Made by a program: the position numbers and the translations under genes. From a virus, in IMG/VR virus record IMGVR_UViG_3300047476_001402, positions 1 through 64,000 of that record: a DNA stretch of 64,000 nt. One strand, given 5' to 3'. Positions 11,405-22,675 of this stretch are shown here, in pieces (within the stretch, counting starts at the first letter, position 1; the number at the start of each line of letters is the position of its first letter). The notes below the pieces were generated by a model. The model had not been told where the DNA came from. It made no database searches and was given only the letters and a program-made list of their open reading frames with translations.

Positions 11405-12151
11405 ATGAATGCATTTATTGACGACAACCTAAAAGGTTGGATGAATAAGAAAACTATGGTAGAAGGTCTAGAAAAGGCTGGATACTTCATACGTTATCTT
11501 GATAATAATTTGCTCAGTAATGTTGGAGGCTGGGATAAAGAGGATTTTCTTAAAGAATTCTCTGTATTCTACGGAAATGTCGGATTTATTCGAAAGGTCG
11601 TTGCGGAATTAGATTATACTCCGCGATGGATCGGTCATGTTCCTGATGATCTTCTAGCTCTGGCACGGAGAGAAATCAAAACGGAATCTATTGGGGAAGT
11701 TTTTAAATCTAAAGTTCCTAAATTTATCAAGCCTATCCCTGAAAAGGGGAAGAGTTTTGATGGGTTTGTATATAAGGCAGATCAATTAGATTCTCTATAT
11801 GTTGCCAATTATTTTATTACGGGCGATGAAGAGGTAATCACAAGTGAAGTGGTTAATTTTGTTTCTGAATGGCGTTGTTATATCTGTAATGGTGAAATCC
11901 TTGATGGAAAGCATTATAGAGGAGACTTTAAAGTTTTTCCTAATTATGAAGTTACAGAATTGGCAATTAAAACGTGGAAAGATGCACCTGTTGCATGGAG
12001 TTGCGATTTAGGTATTACAGATAAAGGAACTACTTGTATTGTAGAATGTAATGATGTAATGTCTTTGGGCATGTATGGACTGGCACCACATAAAGCTGCA
12101 TATATGCTTGAAAAACGTTGGGAACAAATCCACAAAAATAAAGCACTATGA
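11405..12151 (+). CDS. ATP-grasp domain protein (DUF4343/R2K-like)
   Basis: FIKP...KSFDG, SEVV.F.SEWR.Y, DLG...VECND..SLG.YG. Confidence 0.7.
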   Translation: MNAFIDDNLKGWMNKKTMVEGLEKAGYFIRYLDNNLLSNVGGWDKEDFLKEFSVFYGNVGFIRKVVAELDYTPRWIGHVPDDLLALARREIKTESIGEVFKSKVPKFIKPIPEKGKSFDGFVYKADQLDSLYVANYFITGDEEVITSEVVNFVSEWRCYICNGEILDGKHYRGDFKVFPNYEVTELAIKTWKDAPVAWSCDLGITDKGTTCIVECNDVMSLGMYGLAPHKAAYMLEKRWEQIHKNKAL

Positions 12152-12398
12152 ATATTGTTGATATTGTGATAAATTTTTTTAATAACTTATATGAGAAGTG
12201 GTTTCCTGTTAAAGCGCCACCTCCTAAGTGGAAATTAGAACCAGATCATAGAGGGACGTATAGATTATATTGTTGGAATACTAATTATTCTAGGTATGAG
12301 TATGTGACAGGTCTTGTCAAAGACGAACAAGATGCCAAGAACTTTATTGCCAATATGGAACGGAATAATATTTATTTAGACGATTTAGATGATTAATT

Positions 12399-12635
12399 AT
12401 GAAACTGTTGAACGATGCTGGTGAAGAGGTGCTAATTACTCCTAGAATGGAGTTTCTTTTAGAATTATCCAGTAAATATGCACAAGATATGAAATTCAAA
12501 TATATCAGTGCAGAAATGGTCCTTTTAGGAATGGTTGATCTTCCCGATAGTATTGTTCTCAGGACATTACAATCTTTTGGGGTGAACAAAGAAACTATAA
12601 CAGAGGCATATAAAGATTACGGAATTATTGATTAA
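12399..12635 (+). CDS. stand-alone Clp ATPase N-terminal repeat-like protein
   Basis: TPR...LLELS...A......YI..E.VLLG.......LR.L.SFGV matches the Clp_N repeat pattern. Confidence 0.6.
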   Translation: MKLLNDAGEEVLITPRMEFLLELSSKYAQDMKFKYISAEMVLLGMVDLPDSIVLRTLQSFGVNKETITEAYKDYGIID

Positions 12636-13389
12636 TGAAGTTTGATCATATTGCACGAATTTGGTGGACCGATTTTGGAACAAAAGATATTTCTTTTGGT
12701 ATTCATATTTGTTGGGCCGGAAGAATTGACTTGCATATCTGGACTGGTATGCTATCGTTAGGAAACGTTCCGATTTATGAAAAGATTGATCGAAATGGTA
12801 AAAAGTTATTAGCCGTTAGTAATTCTTTTCATATAGACATAACAAAAACCAGTAACATGAGAGCAGGAGTACCACGTTAAATGCTAGATTACCTACAAGC
12901 AGGAGAAATCCGTCGAAAATACCCAGAAATTCTTAGTCGTCAAAATATAGACAATATTATTAAGGAATGGGATGATGCGGGAATTGAACGAGTGGACATG
13001 CTTAAATGGTCCTCTATGTTCGATATGAAGTCGCATAGGTTAGATATTTCTGAAATGGAATTAACATTGAGAGCATATGCTCATTTTTATTTCAAAGATT
13101 TGGCACCTTGTGGAAAAAGGAAATTCTATGGAATGTTAGGTGTGGTTCATTTTGAAAACCTAACTGAATATCGAAATCCGTATGATGTTGAAAAGGAGAC
13201 CTATGATTTGCGTTTAACTATAGGTAGAGAATGGTTGGATAAATGTAAAGCACTGGACGCAAAGGAGTTATCTGATGCATTTAAAACTATGAGGGAAATT
13301 CGCAAAGAATCGCGAGCAAAATATCCATGTCCAAAACCTCGTTGGGAAAGTAAATTGGATAAATTGGCAGATGAATATATTTTAAAATA

Positions 13390-14034
13390 ATGAAAGTAGA
13401 ACTATTAACCCATTTTGGGTCAGATTTGATGGTGGTAAATGTTGCCAAGGTTTCCTATAATAAAGAGAGTGTCGAAGTCGGTCATAAAGAGGAACGTCTT
13501 CTAAAATTCTTGGCAGAACATAAGCATACGACACCCTTCCGGCATCCACAATTGCAATTCAGAGTCGAATGCCCCATCTTCGTAGAAAGACAGTTATTCA
13601 CTCATCAAATCGGATGGGCACGAAATTCTATTTCAGGAAGATATGTGGATTTTTCTGACACTTATTGGATTCCCGAAAGATTCCGGTATCAATCAAAAGA
13701 TTCTAAACAAGGAAGTGCGGGAGAGCTATCAGATGAAGATAACCAATATTTTATTGACAAGTTTAATAAAATTGTAGAGCAGTCGCAAGCACTATATAAA
13801 GAAATGTCTGAATTCGGTATTGCAAAAGAGCTTTGTCGAGTTCATCTACCGCTCGCACTAGAAACGAAGTTTATTTGGACTGGAAGTTTTCATGCATTTA
13901 CACATCTTTGTGCATTGCGACTAAAATCTGATGCTCAGGCTGAAACTAGGGATTGTGTAGGGCAGATGTTACAAGCAGTGAAAGATATTCCCAAAAATCC
14001 TTTTAAATTTTCATTAAGTGCGTTTGGATTATGA
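13390..14034 (+). CDS. thyX: FAD-dependent thymidylate synthase
   Basis: H.TPF.H, PIFVERQLFTH, NSISGRY and LRL..DAQ.E motifs. Confidence 0.92.
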   Translation: MKVELLTHFGSDLMVVNVAKVSYNKESVEVGHKEERLLKFLAEHKHTTPFRHPQLQFRVECPIFVERQLFTHQIGWARNSISGRYVDFSDTYWIPERFRYQSKDSKQGSAGELSDEDNQYFIDKFNKIVEQSQALYKEMSEFGIAKELCRVHLPLALETKFIWTGSFHAFTHLCALRLKSDAQAETRDCVGQMLQAVKDIPKNPFKFSLSAFGL

Positions 14035-15628
14035 AAACCTATCTTGAATATAAACTAATCAAGACTAAAAGGCGCTTAACCTTTGAAATCCTTTACCAGG
14101 ATATGCGATTTTGTGGAAAGTCGGACGATGATTATCTAACATTTCGTGCATCTAATGGAATAGAGATTATTTCCCGTAGTCGTATGGATATTCAGACTGA
14201 TCGGTTATGGTTACTTGGCTGTGGACCTGATGAACGTTCAGGAAGTATGGTGTTTTCTTCCGATGAAAAGCGTGATAAAATGTTTGATTTATTTCAAGCT
14301 GCATTGTATGAATGGGCACAGAGTTGTGAACAATTCGAAGAGGATGAAGAAATAGATGCTGTTCGATGGCAATCGGGGAAAGATGAATACGACCATCACT
14401 TTTATGTCGGAAAATGTAACACCGAACATTCATTCTAATATTTTCAAGGTTTTCAAAAAGTTGAAAACCTATAGAAATGTTAAGAAATATCTAAGGTTCT
14501 GGGGATTTACTCGTTCTGAACAAGACTTGATAATAAAAATGTACAAAGACGCTGGACATTCGCTGATAGGGTGATATAATGATAAAACATGGGGTAGATG
14601 CAGATGAAAATAATTTTTTTACGTTTTTTCAAAAACTTATTCTTGAAATTTTTACGATTTATCAGAAATGTAGTCACTTTCTTGTGGAAGGAATGGGCTA
14701 TTCCAGTCGCAGCATTGTTGGTTGTTCATAACATCCTTTGGATACTAGGATGGATCGGCATACTAATAGGTATTCCTGCTCCGGTGAATAACTCTTTAGG
14801 CCCTGAGCTTGGATTAGGATATATTATTATCATTATTCCGATGTTAGTAACTATTTTCGTATTTATTATCTATGAATTTATGTTTTGGCTTCGTGAAATT
14901 TGGAAAAACTCTTAATATATGAAAATAATTGAATTTGTAACAAAAGAAAATACTGCTCATTTCTCTCATTATCGGAATGGTAATCTGTTCTATAATATTC
15001 GTAGAGACAAAACTATTGAACATTATCAATTTCCAATTCCTATTGAAGATTTACAGAATGGGACTGTTCATGATGTTGAAAAATCTATTATGGTGATGCG
15101 GTATATTCGCAAAGCTATAGAAGACGGAACCCTAATTAAACTCGATGTATGAAAAGTTTATATTCCCAGCGATTTGCCAAGATTTGGGCACAGATTAAAT
15201 GTGTTCGCACTGCCCCTGATATAGCAACGCAGGACGAATATAGAAAATATAATCGAAATCTTCTAAGGACTTCCCGAAAGGGGAGATACTTAATTAGATT
15301 TGTTCAGATGACTTATAAACCATATATAAGTTGTGGGTGGCAAGATGACGGATGGCTTTCTACGTGCGAAAGCCGAAAAGATGCACAGTGGTTTTCTAAA
15401 AAGGAAGTAGATGAATTCAAACAACGTTATGGTGAAATATTCCAAGCAGTGAAACGATGAATAATACTGTAAAACATAGGTTTGGAATCTTCATCAAAGT
15501 TTGGGATTCAATAGAAATGAAAACTTATAAATCTTTACATCTCTCATTTATGACTCGAAAAGACTGTGATGAATTCTTAGAGAAGTATAGAGATTTAAAT
15601 TTTTACATAAAATCAGAAAATAATTAAA

Positions 15629-16657
15629 ATGGGCGGCGCATTATTTCAGAACGAACGAATGAATAGAGAAACATATGATCGTGTTTCTCAGATTGTCATT
15701 GAAAAACTTTCCCCTCGGAAAGTACTAATCCCCGAATCTTTTCTTGACAAAGAAGATTACGGTGATATCGATTTTGTGTTGCCTTATCCTATCATGGATA
15801 AGGAGGAAGTTAAACAACTATTCAGTATTACCGACGATGATATACATATTAATACCTCTGTTGTATCCATTAATTACATGGGTGTTCAATGCGACTTATG
15901 CTTTCATTCTGAAGAAAATGTATTAACGGCATATCAATATATGCGTAATAGTGATTGCAGCAATATGGTAGGTGTGATGTTTCGTGACTCATTAGGCTAT
16001 AGATTGACGCATAAAGGGCTTGTATACCCGGTTAAATTCGCACATGATGATGCACTAGGAGAGGTCTTAGTGTCGAAGAATTTTCGAAAGATTTTAGAGT
16101 TCATTGATTTAGACTATGATCAATGGTTGACAGGTTTCAAAAATCCCGAAGAACTTTTCTCTTGGATTACAAAATCGAAGTATTTTAATGCAGAAGCATT
16201 TAAGTTCGAAAATCTGAACCATGAGAACCGCACAAGAAATCGTAAAAGAAAAGTCTATGCAGAATTTGTCGAGTGGTTATTGAATAAAGAATTTAAAAAT
16301 TACGAAGGCACCATTAATAAACAAGAACATCTTTTTCGAGGAATGTTCCATTTCTATGAAGAAGTCCATTATCCTCATATGGGAAATTGGACTGAACAGA
16401 TTCAACCCTTAATTGAGCAAAGATATTATTGGGAAAAGGCGAGAAACACCTTCAACGGCTCTATTATTCAAGAACTGACAGGTGCAAGCGGTCCTGAACT
16501 TGGTAAAATCTTGAGAGAGTTTAATGAGTATCTAAAGAGTACATATCACTTGACGAAAACGCAAGGTTGGGGTAGTATCACCTACTTTGTGGCCGATAAA
16601 ACCAAAAAAGAGATGATTAAAATATTCAACAACTGGTATAAAACATATGAACATTAA
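15629..16657 (+). CDS. putative nucleotidyltransferase (Pol-beta superfamily-like)
   Basis: DYGDIDF (GDxD) and QCDL; the C-terminal NG..I..LTG..GPELGKIL resembles the tail of CCA-adding enzymes. Confidence 0.55.
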   Translation: MGGALFQNERMNRETYDRVSQIVIEKLSPRKVLIPESFLDKEDYGDIDFVLPYPIMDKEEVKQLFSITDDDIHINTSVVSINYMGVQCDLCFHSEENVLTAYQYMRNSDCSNMVGVMFRDSLGYRLTHKGLVYPVKFAHDDALGEVLVSKNFRKILEFIDLDYDQWLTGFKNPEELFSWITKSKYFNAEAFKFENLNHENRTRNRKRKVYAEFVEWLLNKEFKNYEGTINKQEHLFRGMFHFYEEVHYPHMGNWTEQIQPLIEQRYYWEKARNTFNGSIIQELTGASGPELGKILREFNEYLKSTYHLTKTQGWGSITYFVADKTKKEMIKIFNNWYKTYEH

Positions 16658-16958
16658 GAAATTGATCCTAACAAATATAATCTGTATTACCTTATACAAC
16701 ATTCTACATTCTATTTTTGGTATTTTGTTACCAATTCTAGTGATCTGGTTTTTTATGGCATATCTTGCAAATAAGGTACATTGCAAGTTTAACAGAAATT
16801 CTCTGTTTTTTGATGAAATCTCAATCATTCTAGGATATGCACTAGGACCGGTTTTATTCCTTATTGTTGGTATAGAACAGTGGGACTTAATCAAGTCTAA
16901 ATGGAATTGTATCAGCATCCGTAGTCCCTTTACATGGAATAAAAAAGAAGATGAATAA
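16647..16958 (+). CDS. small membrane protein (paralogue family A)
   Basis: YNILH..FGIL..GPVL pattern. Confidence 0.65.
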   Translation: MNIKKLILTNIICITLYNILHSIFGILLPILVIWFFMAYLANKVHCKFNRNSLFFDEISIILGYALGPVLFLIVGIEQWDLIKSKWNCISIRSPFTWNKKEDE

Positions 16959-17211
16959 AACCATTATCGTGACTATCGGATGTATTATAGGTTATAATAT
17001 CATTTTACATCTTTTCGGTATTTTAGGAGTTTTCTGTTTGTTTTGGGTGGCTTCCATGCAACTTGGGTGTATTCTATCTAAAGAATTTGAAGACATGGAC
17101 CCCATCGACGATGTTGCTACTTGTATTGCAGCCCTTCTATGCGGACCAGTAGTTCTTCTATGTGCAATATTCGAATATTGGCCGTATATTAAACAGAAAT
17201 ATATACATTGA
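16951..17211 (+). CDS. small membrane protein (paralogue family A)
   Basis: YNIILHLFGIL..GPVVLLCAIFEYW, compare GPIWMICAIAEYY in 782-1072. Confidence 0.65.
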   Translation: MNKTIIVTIGCIIGYNIILHLFGILGVFCLFWVASMQLGCILSKEFEDMDPIDDVATCIAALLCGPVVLLCAIFEYWPYIKQKYIH

Positions 17212-17212
17212 T

Positions 17213-17896
17213 ATGAGTAAATTTTACGAAATTGTGGCTGATGAAAAGGAATTAGATAAATTTTTAAATATAATTCCAGAGACCGACGATTTTAACCAAT
17301 TGTACTGGTGCTTATTTGCCCGTAAAAAATATATGCCATTACACCCAGCACTCTCCTACGATAAGGTGCTTATCAAACGGGGAACTGCTACTAAAGAACG
17401 TCTAAAATCCAAACTCAAACAATTAGAGTGTCGTTTTGGTGGATATGTCGGCAAAGATAACATTCCAATTCCACAAGAATCACTCGCATTGTATGTTTCT
17501 CCTGCACCGAGGGATATGAAACGTGCAACATTGCGTTGTATTAAATCTTTTGTGGATTTACTTGAAAATGGTAATTCATTCAATCCCCATCAGGAGGTTC
17601 TAAACGTAATTCAAATAACATCAGGTAAAGAAAAATACCATATCTTCGATATTGATAATAAAGATGAAGATAATCTTAAATCTGCTTGTAGTGTTGTTGA
17701 TAATAAATGTAATGTCGTTGAAACTCGTGGAGGATTTCACTTGCTAATTTCCTCTAAGGATGTAGATTCTTATGCTCGTTCATGGACTAAGAATTGGTAC
17801 CGTGATCTAAAACTTATGAGTGATGTCGTAGGAGACTGTCTTACGCCTCTCCCTGGCTGTTGGCAAGGCGGTTTTATTCCAAAATTAAAAATTTAA
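17213..17896 (+). CDS. putative AEP/PrimPol-like protein (start moved to MSKFY)
   Basis: hhDhD (IFDID) followed by ETRGGFHLL and PLPG. Confidence 0.5.
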   Translation: MSKFYEIVADEKELDKFLNIIPETDDFNQLYWCLFARKKYMPLHPALSYDKVLIKRGTATKERLKSKLKQLECRFGGYVGKDNIPIPQESLALYVSPAPRDMKRATLRCIKSFVDLLENGNSFNPHQEVLNVIQITSGKEKYHIFDIDNKDEDNLKSACSVVDNKCNVVETRGGFHLLISSKDVDSYARSWTKNWYRDLKLMSDVVGDCLTPLPGCWQGGFIPKLKI

Positions 17897-17899
17897 AAA

Positions 17900-19240
17900 A
17901 TGACTAAAAAATTATATAAATACACATCTGCACATCCACCTTTGGCGGTTTCCGCTTCTTTCCGAAGGTTTATCGCAGAAACGGCAGACAATTGTTTGGT
18001 TAGTGCATTAATTCTTCGTGGATGTATCAAAACGGGTCGATATGTTAATCGAGAAAAGCTCAACAAGCCTGTTATGAATTATATTTCTTATAGGGATGAA
18101 AAAGGGTTGATCTCTTTTATGCCTCCGAATAGAGAACAGAAATATAATAATAACGGTTCGTGGTCTATGGAAGGAAGACAGACCATCAAACCTGCTAGGT
18201 TCGTAAAAAACATTCTTCATCCTAGAATTGTAAAAAAACTCAAGGATCATCAATTTGCAGAATTCTCAAGTAAATTTAAAGCCGATGAATTGGCAAAACA
18301 CGTTACCTTTTCTGTGGAATCTATTAAATTTGGTTATAATGCCGAATTTCCCCTAGGAATTGGATCATGTATGCACAAGAAACCGGTTCATAGTTTCTAT
18401 GAGATGTTTGATTGTAATGTACTTGTTGCAAAGAAGGATGGAATGAATATCGGAAGAGCGATTCTTTGGAACGATGTAACTATTAACGGTAAAGAGCATT
18501 GTAAATTTTTAGACAGAATATACGCCAATAGTGATAATATTGTCCGTCTCTATGAGGATTGGGCCTCTGACAACGGGGTATATAGAAAACTTCGCCAGAA
18601 TGGTGATAACAACGAATCTTTGGTTGATCCCGAGGGGAATACTATAGATAATCCTATTATATTCACTTATAAGAAGAATACTGCCAAACAAAAAATCTTT
18701 AAACCGTATTTAGATACATTAGAATATACTGATTATAGCTACAATATCGTATCTAACTATCCCCGCATTAATAACAAAGCTGTTTACTGGCACTTAAAAA
18801 GTGCAGAAGATTATAGGGAAAAACAGTCATATCTGATACAGGCTATCAACAATGGTCGTATGGATATTTGTGACAAACGTCAATGCATTTATTTTAAAAA
18901 TAAATATTACTATCGTTGGGATGAAAATATCGTGGAGTGTCAGGATGATTGCAAACGGTATCATAAAGACGACAAACGTCTAATGAAATATAATCAAAGA
19001 TATTTCTTAAAGTCTAAAAGAGTGATTATAAACAATCATCTATATCATAAAAACGATTCGAGAATTATGAAAACTAGAAATCATAGGTGGATTCTTAAAC
19101 CTGTTGAAATTGTAAAAACAGAAGATGTTAAACCTGATATCAAAAATAACATTTTTGACATTTTTATGAAATGGAGCGAAATGATTATACCATCAGCCAA
19201 CATATTTAACATTAGAGACATTAGAGCAGACAATTCATAA
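17900..19240 (+). CDS. phage hypothetical protein
   Basis: 446 aa with GSCM, GRAILW and LDRIY motifs; function not assignable. Confidence 0.7.
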   Translation: MTKKLYKYTSAHPPLAVSASFRRFIAETADNCLVSALILRGCIKTGRYVNREKLNKPVMNYISYRDEKGLISFMPPNREQKYNNNGSWSMEGRQTIKPARFVKNILHPRIVKKLKDHQFAEFSSKFKADELAKHVTFSVESIKFGYNAEFPLGIGSCMHKKPVHSFYEMFDCNVLVAKKDGMNIGRAILWNDVTINGKEHCKFLDRIYANSDNIVRLYEDWASDNGVYRKLRQNGDNNESLVDPEGNTIDNPIIFTYKKNTAKQKIFKPYLDTLEYTDYSYNIVSNYPRINNKAVYWHLKSAEDYREKQSYLIQAINNGRMDICDKRQCIYFKNKYYYRWDENIVECQDDCKRYHKDDKRLMKYNQRYFLKSKRVIINNHLYHKNDSRIMKTRNHRWILKPVEIVKTEDVKPDIKNNIFDIFMKWSEMIIPSANIFNIRDIRADNS

Positions 19241-19246
19241 AACGGC

Positions 19247-19275
19247 TTGACACCACAGTGTACCAGTGGTATACT
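19247..19275 (+). promoter_or_regulatory. strong sigma70-like promoter of the TROVE-like gene
   Basis: TTGACA-17 nt-TATACT with extended -10 TG. Confidence 0.75.
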
Positions 19276-19301
19276 CTAACACAGAAAACAACTATCAAAT
19301 T

Positions 19302-20990
19302 ATGTTCGACAATAAACAAACAGTGCTATTTAAATCTCCAGTTAAGAAAACTACTTCAGCCGTGCAGAAAACTAAGGCTGTTCCAATTTTTGTTCAAGCT
19401 GCACAGAAAAAGACCGTGGAAACACGTTCTGGAAATGGTGCATTGAAATTGAGTTCTACTCTTGATTCTTTCGTGGATCAGTTCGGAAAGCTTGGAACCT
19501 ATAAGGCTCCCCGTTCTTTCTCTGAAATCGAAAAAGATTGTGAACTTCTTTGGGGAAATGACCCTCTTACATCTGTGAAGTTTACTCATTATCTTCGCAC
19601 CATCACCCGAAAGGTGAATGTGTTGGGAACGACTACTGATGAACCTCAAAAAGGTGGTGAGTTGAAGTTTGAACCAATTATGCGAATGATTTGGCTCTCT
19701 CAGAAGGCACCAGAAGTATTCTGGAAAAATATCGGATTGTTTATTTCCCTTGGAAGTTGGCACGATATTTTCACCATGCTTCAATATGATCTTGTCTATA
19801 ATGGATGGGATAATCGTAAGCTGGATTGGAAGAAATTCGGAGATTTAATTCTCACTGCATTGAACAATGATCACACTAATAATCTTGTGAAGAAATATCT
19901 TCCACAGATTAAAGCTCGTTCCGACTGCAAAACAGTTGAATCACAGGCTAATTGTCTAATTGCAAAGTGGATTTGTTCTCTTCTCTTCGGACCAAAGGAT
20001 AATTCCTATAATTATAAACAATACCGCAAGCTAAAAACTTCTGGTAATGCACACGATTGGCAAAAGCTTATCTCCCAGCGCAAATTTGATGCAATTGAGT
20101 TTGATAAGATTCATGGACGGGCACTGAACCTTTTGGTTCGTAGCAAATTCCTGAAGAATCAGAATCTTTCTGACAAGTATGCAAAATGGGTAGGTGATCC
20201 AAAAACAACTGTGAAGTATACTGGTTTTGTTCATGAACTCTTTAGTAATCTTCCTTATAGTCTTTCCGGCTTGGAAAAACATACACAGGATACTATCAAT
20301 AAGCAATTTGCTACATTGGTGGAAAAAGGAAAGAGTGAAAAGAAAGAGAATCAGTGTAATTTCATAGTAGTACGCGATACCTCATCTTCGATGAATTCTA
20401 CTGCTGTTGGAACGACTCAAAGTTGTGCTAATATCGGAAAAGCATTGGCATTATATTTCAGCGAGTTCTTAACTGGACGATTTGCAGATAGCTTTATCGA
20501 ATTTAATTCAACTGCAAAAATGCATAGATGGGTAGGTAATAATGCCTTAGAAAAATGGTACAATGATCAATGTGGATTCTATGGTAGCACCAATTTCCAA
20601 AGCGTTATTGATCTCTTCGTTCATTTGAAAAATCAAGGAATTGATGAATCTGAGTTCCCTACTGGTATTCTTTGTATCAGCGACAGCGAGTTTAACCCTA
20701 CACAATTGAGTAATACCAATGTGGAGGAAGCTCGTAGAAAGCTTCGCACTGTGTTTAGTAAGGAATTCGCAGATAAATTCCAAATTGTTCTCTGGAATCT
20801 CCAGAATAACTTTTATGGAAAAGGTTCAGGTGAGAAGTTTGAAACTACTGCGAATGATAGAGGCTGTTACTATTTCAGCGGATATTCCGCAAGTGTAATT
20901 AGTTTCATTACAGGGCATGAAGTGATGACTGCTCGACAGTTATTCGATACCGCAATGGATCAACAGGTTCTCAATATGGTTACTCTGTAA
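19302..20990 (+). CDS. TROVE/Ro60-like protein with C-terminal vWA domain (DUF2828-like); start moved to MFDNK
   Basis: T..GNGA..LSST, GSWHDIF, KKYLP, YRKL; vWA MIDAS motifs RDTSSSM, STNF, ISDSEFN, IVLWNL, SGYS. Confidence 0.8.
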   Translation: MFDNKQTVLFKSPVKKTTSAVQKTKAVPIFVQAAQKKTVETRSGNGALKLSSTLDSFVDQFGKLGTYKAPRSFSEIEKDCELLWGNDPLTSVKFTHYLRTITRKVNVLGTTTDEPQKGGELKFEPIMRMIWLSQKAPEVFWKNIGLFISLGSWHDIFTMLQYDLVYNGWDNRKLDWKKFGDLILTALNNDHTNNLVKKYLPQIKARSDCKTVESQANCLIAKWICSLLFGPKDNSYNYKQYRKLKTSGNAHDWQKLISQRKFDAIEFDKIHGRALNLLVRSKFLKNQNLSDKYAKWVGDPKTTVKYTGFVHELFSNLPYSLSGLEKHTQDTINKQFATLVEKGKSEKKENQCNFIVVRDTSSSMNSTAVGTTQSCANIGKALALYFSEFLTGRFADSFIEFNSTAKMHRWVGNNALEKWYNDQCGFYGSTNFQSVIDLFVHLKNQGIDESEFPTGILCISDSEFNPTQLSNTNVEEARRKLRTVFSKEFADKFQIVLWNLQNNFYGKGSGEKFETTANDRGCYYFSGYSASVISFITGHEVMTARQLFDTAMDQQVLNMVTL

Positions 20991-20997
20991 AATTATT

Positions 20998-21027
20998 AAA
21001 ACCCGCTAAGAAATTAGCGGGTTTTTT
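20998..21027 (+). terminator. intrinsic terminator
   Basis: AAAACCCGCTAA-GAAA-TTAGCGGGTTTTTT. Confidence 0.85.
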
Positions 21028-21063
21028 CTGTTGACTTCTCTTCATTGTGTTCTACAATCTTAT

Positions 21064-21654
21064 ATGGAACTAGATATAACTAAAATACCTGATTACATCC
21101 CTGCTGATAATTTCAATAGATACGTCTCTATACCAGAGGTTTATGCTGCTATTTCTTGTTTAGAACCCTTCACCGATGCGGAACAGAAATATATAGCATC
21201 CATTTTAAATAAAAAACAGTTTCATCCTATCAGAGATGTTAAACTGGACGTATATATCGAAGAACATAGTTATGCTACATATGTACACACCACTGTGGGT
21301 GATTTGAAAAAGTTTGTTGAGGCACTATCTGGAAAACTCAATCTCCAAACTAATAATACAGTAATTCCTTTACATTTAGATCTTGTATGTGATGATGATA
21401 GAGGTGTACTTGAATTTGGATTGACATATGATAGTTCTATTAATGCTGCTCGTAATACTGTAGTAGATCTTATTAAAGATTATATCCAACGTGAGCGAAA
21501 ATGTGCAGTTGAGAAACAATTGAATGCTGAAAAGAAGAAATTAACAGAATTGCAGAAACAAGAACGCGAAGCTAATATTTTAGCACTTATCACCCGCTTA
21601 CAGAATAGGGAAATCACCCCCGAAGAGTTTAAAACATTATCAGGAGCACTATGA
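21064..21654 (+). CDS. hypothetical protein (start moved to MELDI)
   Basis: The track start at 21031 is the TTG of a TTGACT-17-TACAAT promoter. Confidence 0.7.
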   Translation: MELDITKIPDYIPADNFNRYVSIPEVYAAISCLEPFTDAEQKYIASILNKKQFHPIRDVKLDVYIEEHSYATYVHTTVGDLKKFVEALSGKLNLQTNNTVIPLHLDLVCDDDRGVLEFGLTYDSSINAARNTVVDLIKDYIQRERKCAVEKQLNAEKKKLTELQKQEREANILALITRLQNREITPEEFKTLSGAL

Positions 21655-22085
21655 AAGTATCATTTGACGGTCTTAGAAAAAATATTGCAGAAGATTTCAA
21701 TTCATTAATTAGTGAATTCCGTTATCAAAATAACCGACTCCCAGAAAATAGTTATATCAACATCAGGGATGAAATCGCAAATTTAAGGAAGTCTCTAGGG
21801 TGTCTAATGGCGTGTTATGACACTAGGGATATGCCAGAAGATTTTAACGACTTGAGTGAAGAAATTGAACTATTAGAACTATGAAAATTTTACGAATTAA
21901 GCTTCAGGACGATACATTTGTTATTAAAAATTTCCAAGACATTCCTAGTAATCTAGGAGATATTACAGCCGAAACACAGATTAGAGATTTTATGCGTGAT
22001 ATGGTTCGAAATGGTGGATGGTGGCCTTCTAACAGTGTATGGATTCCATATCATGAAGTTAAATCAGCCAATTTCACAAATGTAA

Positions 22086-22313
22086 ATACCTAAAGAACAT
22101 GCTGGTGATAACGAGCTAGATAGTAATAATAAAGAAATTTACGATGGTGACATTGTTGAATACTATTCCCAAGTTACTCACGAAATGAGTAGAGGAATAA
22201 TCATGTTTTCTCGATATTTCACGGGATGGTCAATAGATGACTGTGAAAAATTAATTGATTCTTATCCTCTAAAAGTTGTCGGTAACATTTTCGAAACTCC
22301 TCTTGACTCTTGA
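22086..22313 (+). pseudogene. YopX-family C-terminal fragment with no ATG start
   Basis: Manual translation LDSNNKEIYDGDIVE...VVGNIFETP; in-frame stop at 22083, next codon ATA. Confidence 0.6.
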
Positions 22314-22635
22314 GAAAATAGTAGTAAGGTTTAGAACAATATAAAACATATGGACGATGAAATTATCAGTGTAGCGGTCGATGCGGCAAGCGGCAGCGGA
22401 AATAGCCCCGGATTTGGTGGATTTTTACTTGTAATGCTGGCAGTCATATCCCTACCTATTTTCCTCATTACTAAATGTGTGGGAGAAGCGCCAGAGGCTA
22501 AACTCATTCGAGTTATCAGTTCCCCTATAACAGATAAAAATCCTGATGAATCGTTTTCCCATTTTATGGGTCGAAAAACAAAGGATACTATTATAGACTT
22601 TGGTAAGGGTGTTATTGGAAAATAACAAAAATAAC

Positions 22636-22664
22636 TTGCACAGATGATGAAGAAGTGGTAATGT
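22636..22664 (+). promoter_or_regulatory. promoter of ncRNA array 1
   Basis: TTGCAC-17 nt-TAATGT with TG, ending 11 nt before unit 1. Confidence 0.6.
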
Positions 22665-22675
22665 ACAGGACAATA

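Noticed and set aside
19356-20783. Antisense ORFs inside the TROVE-like gene, and similar ones inside NAMPT and other long genes
   Set aside because: Shadow frames of real genes, with no motifs.
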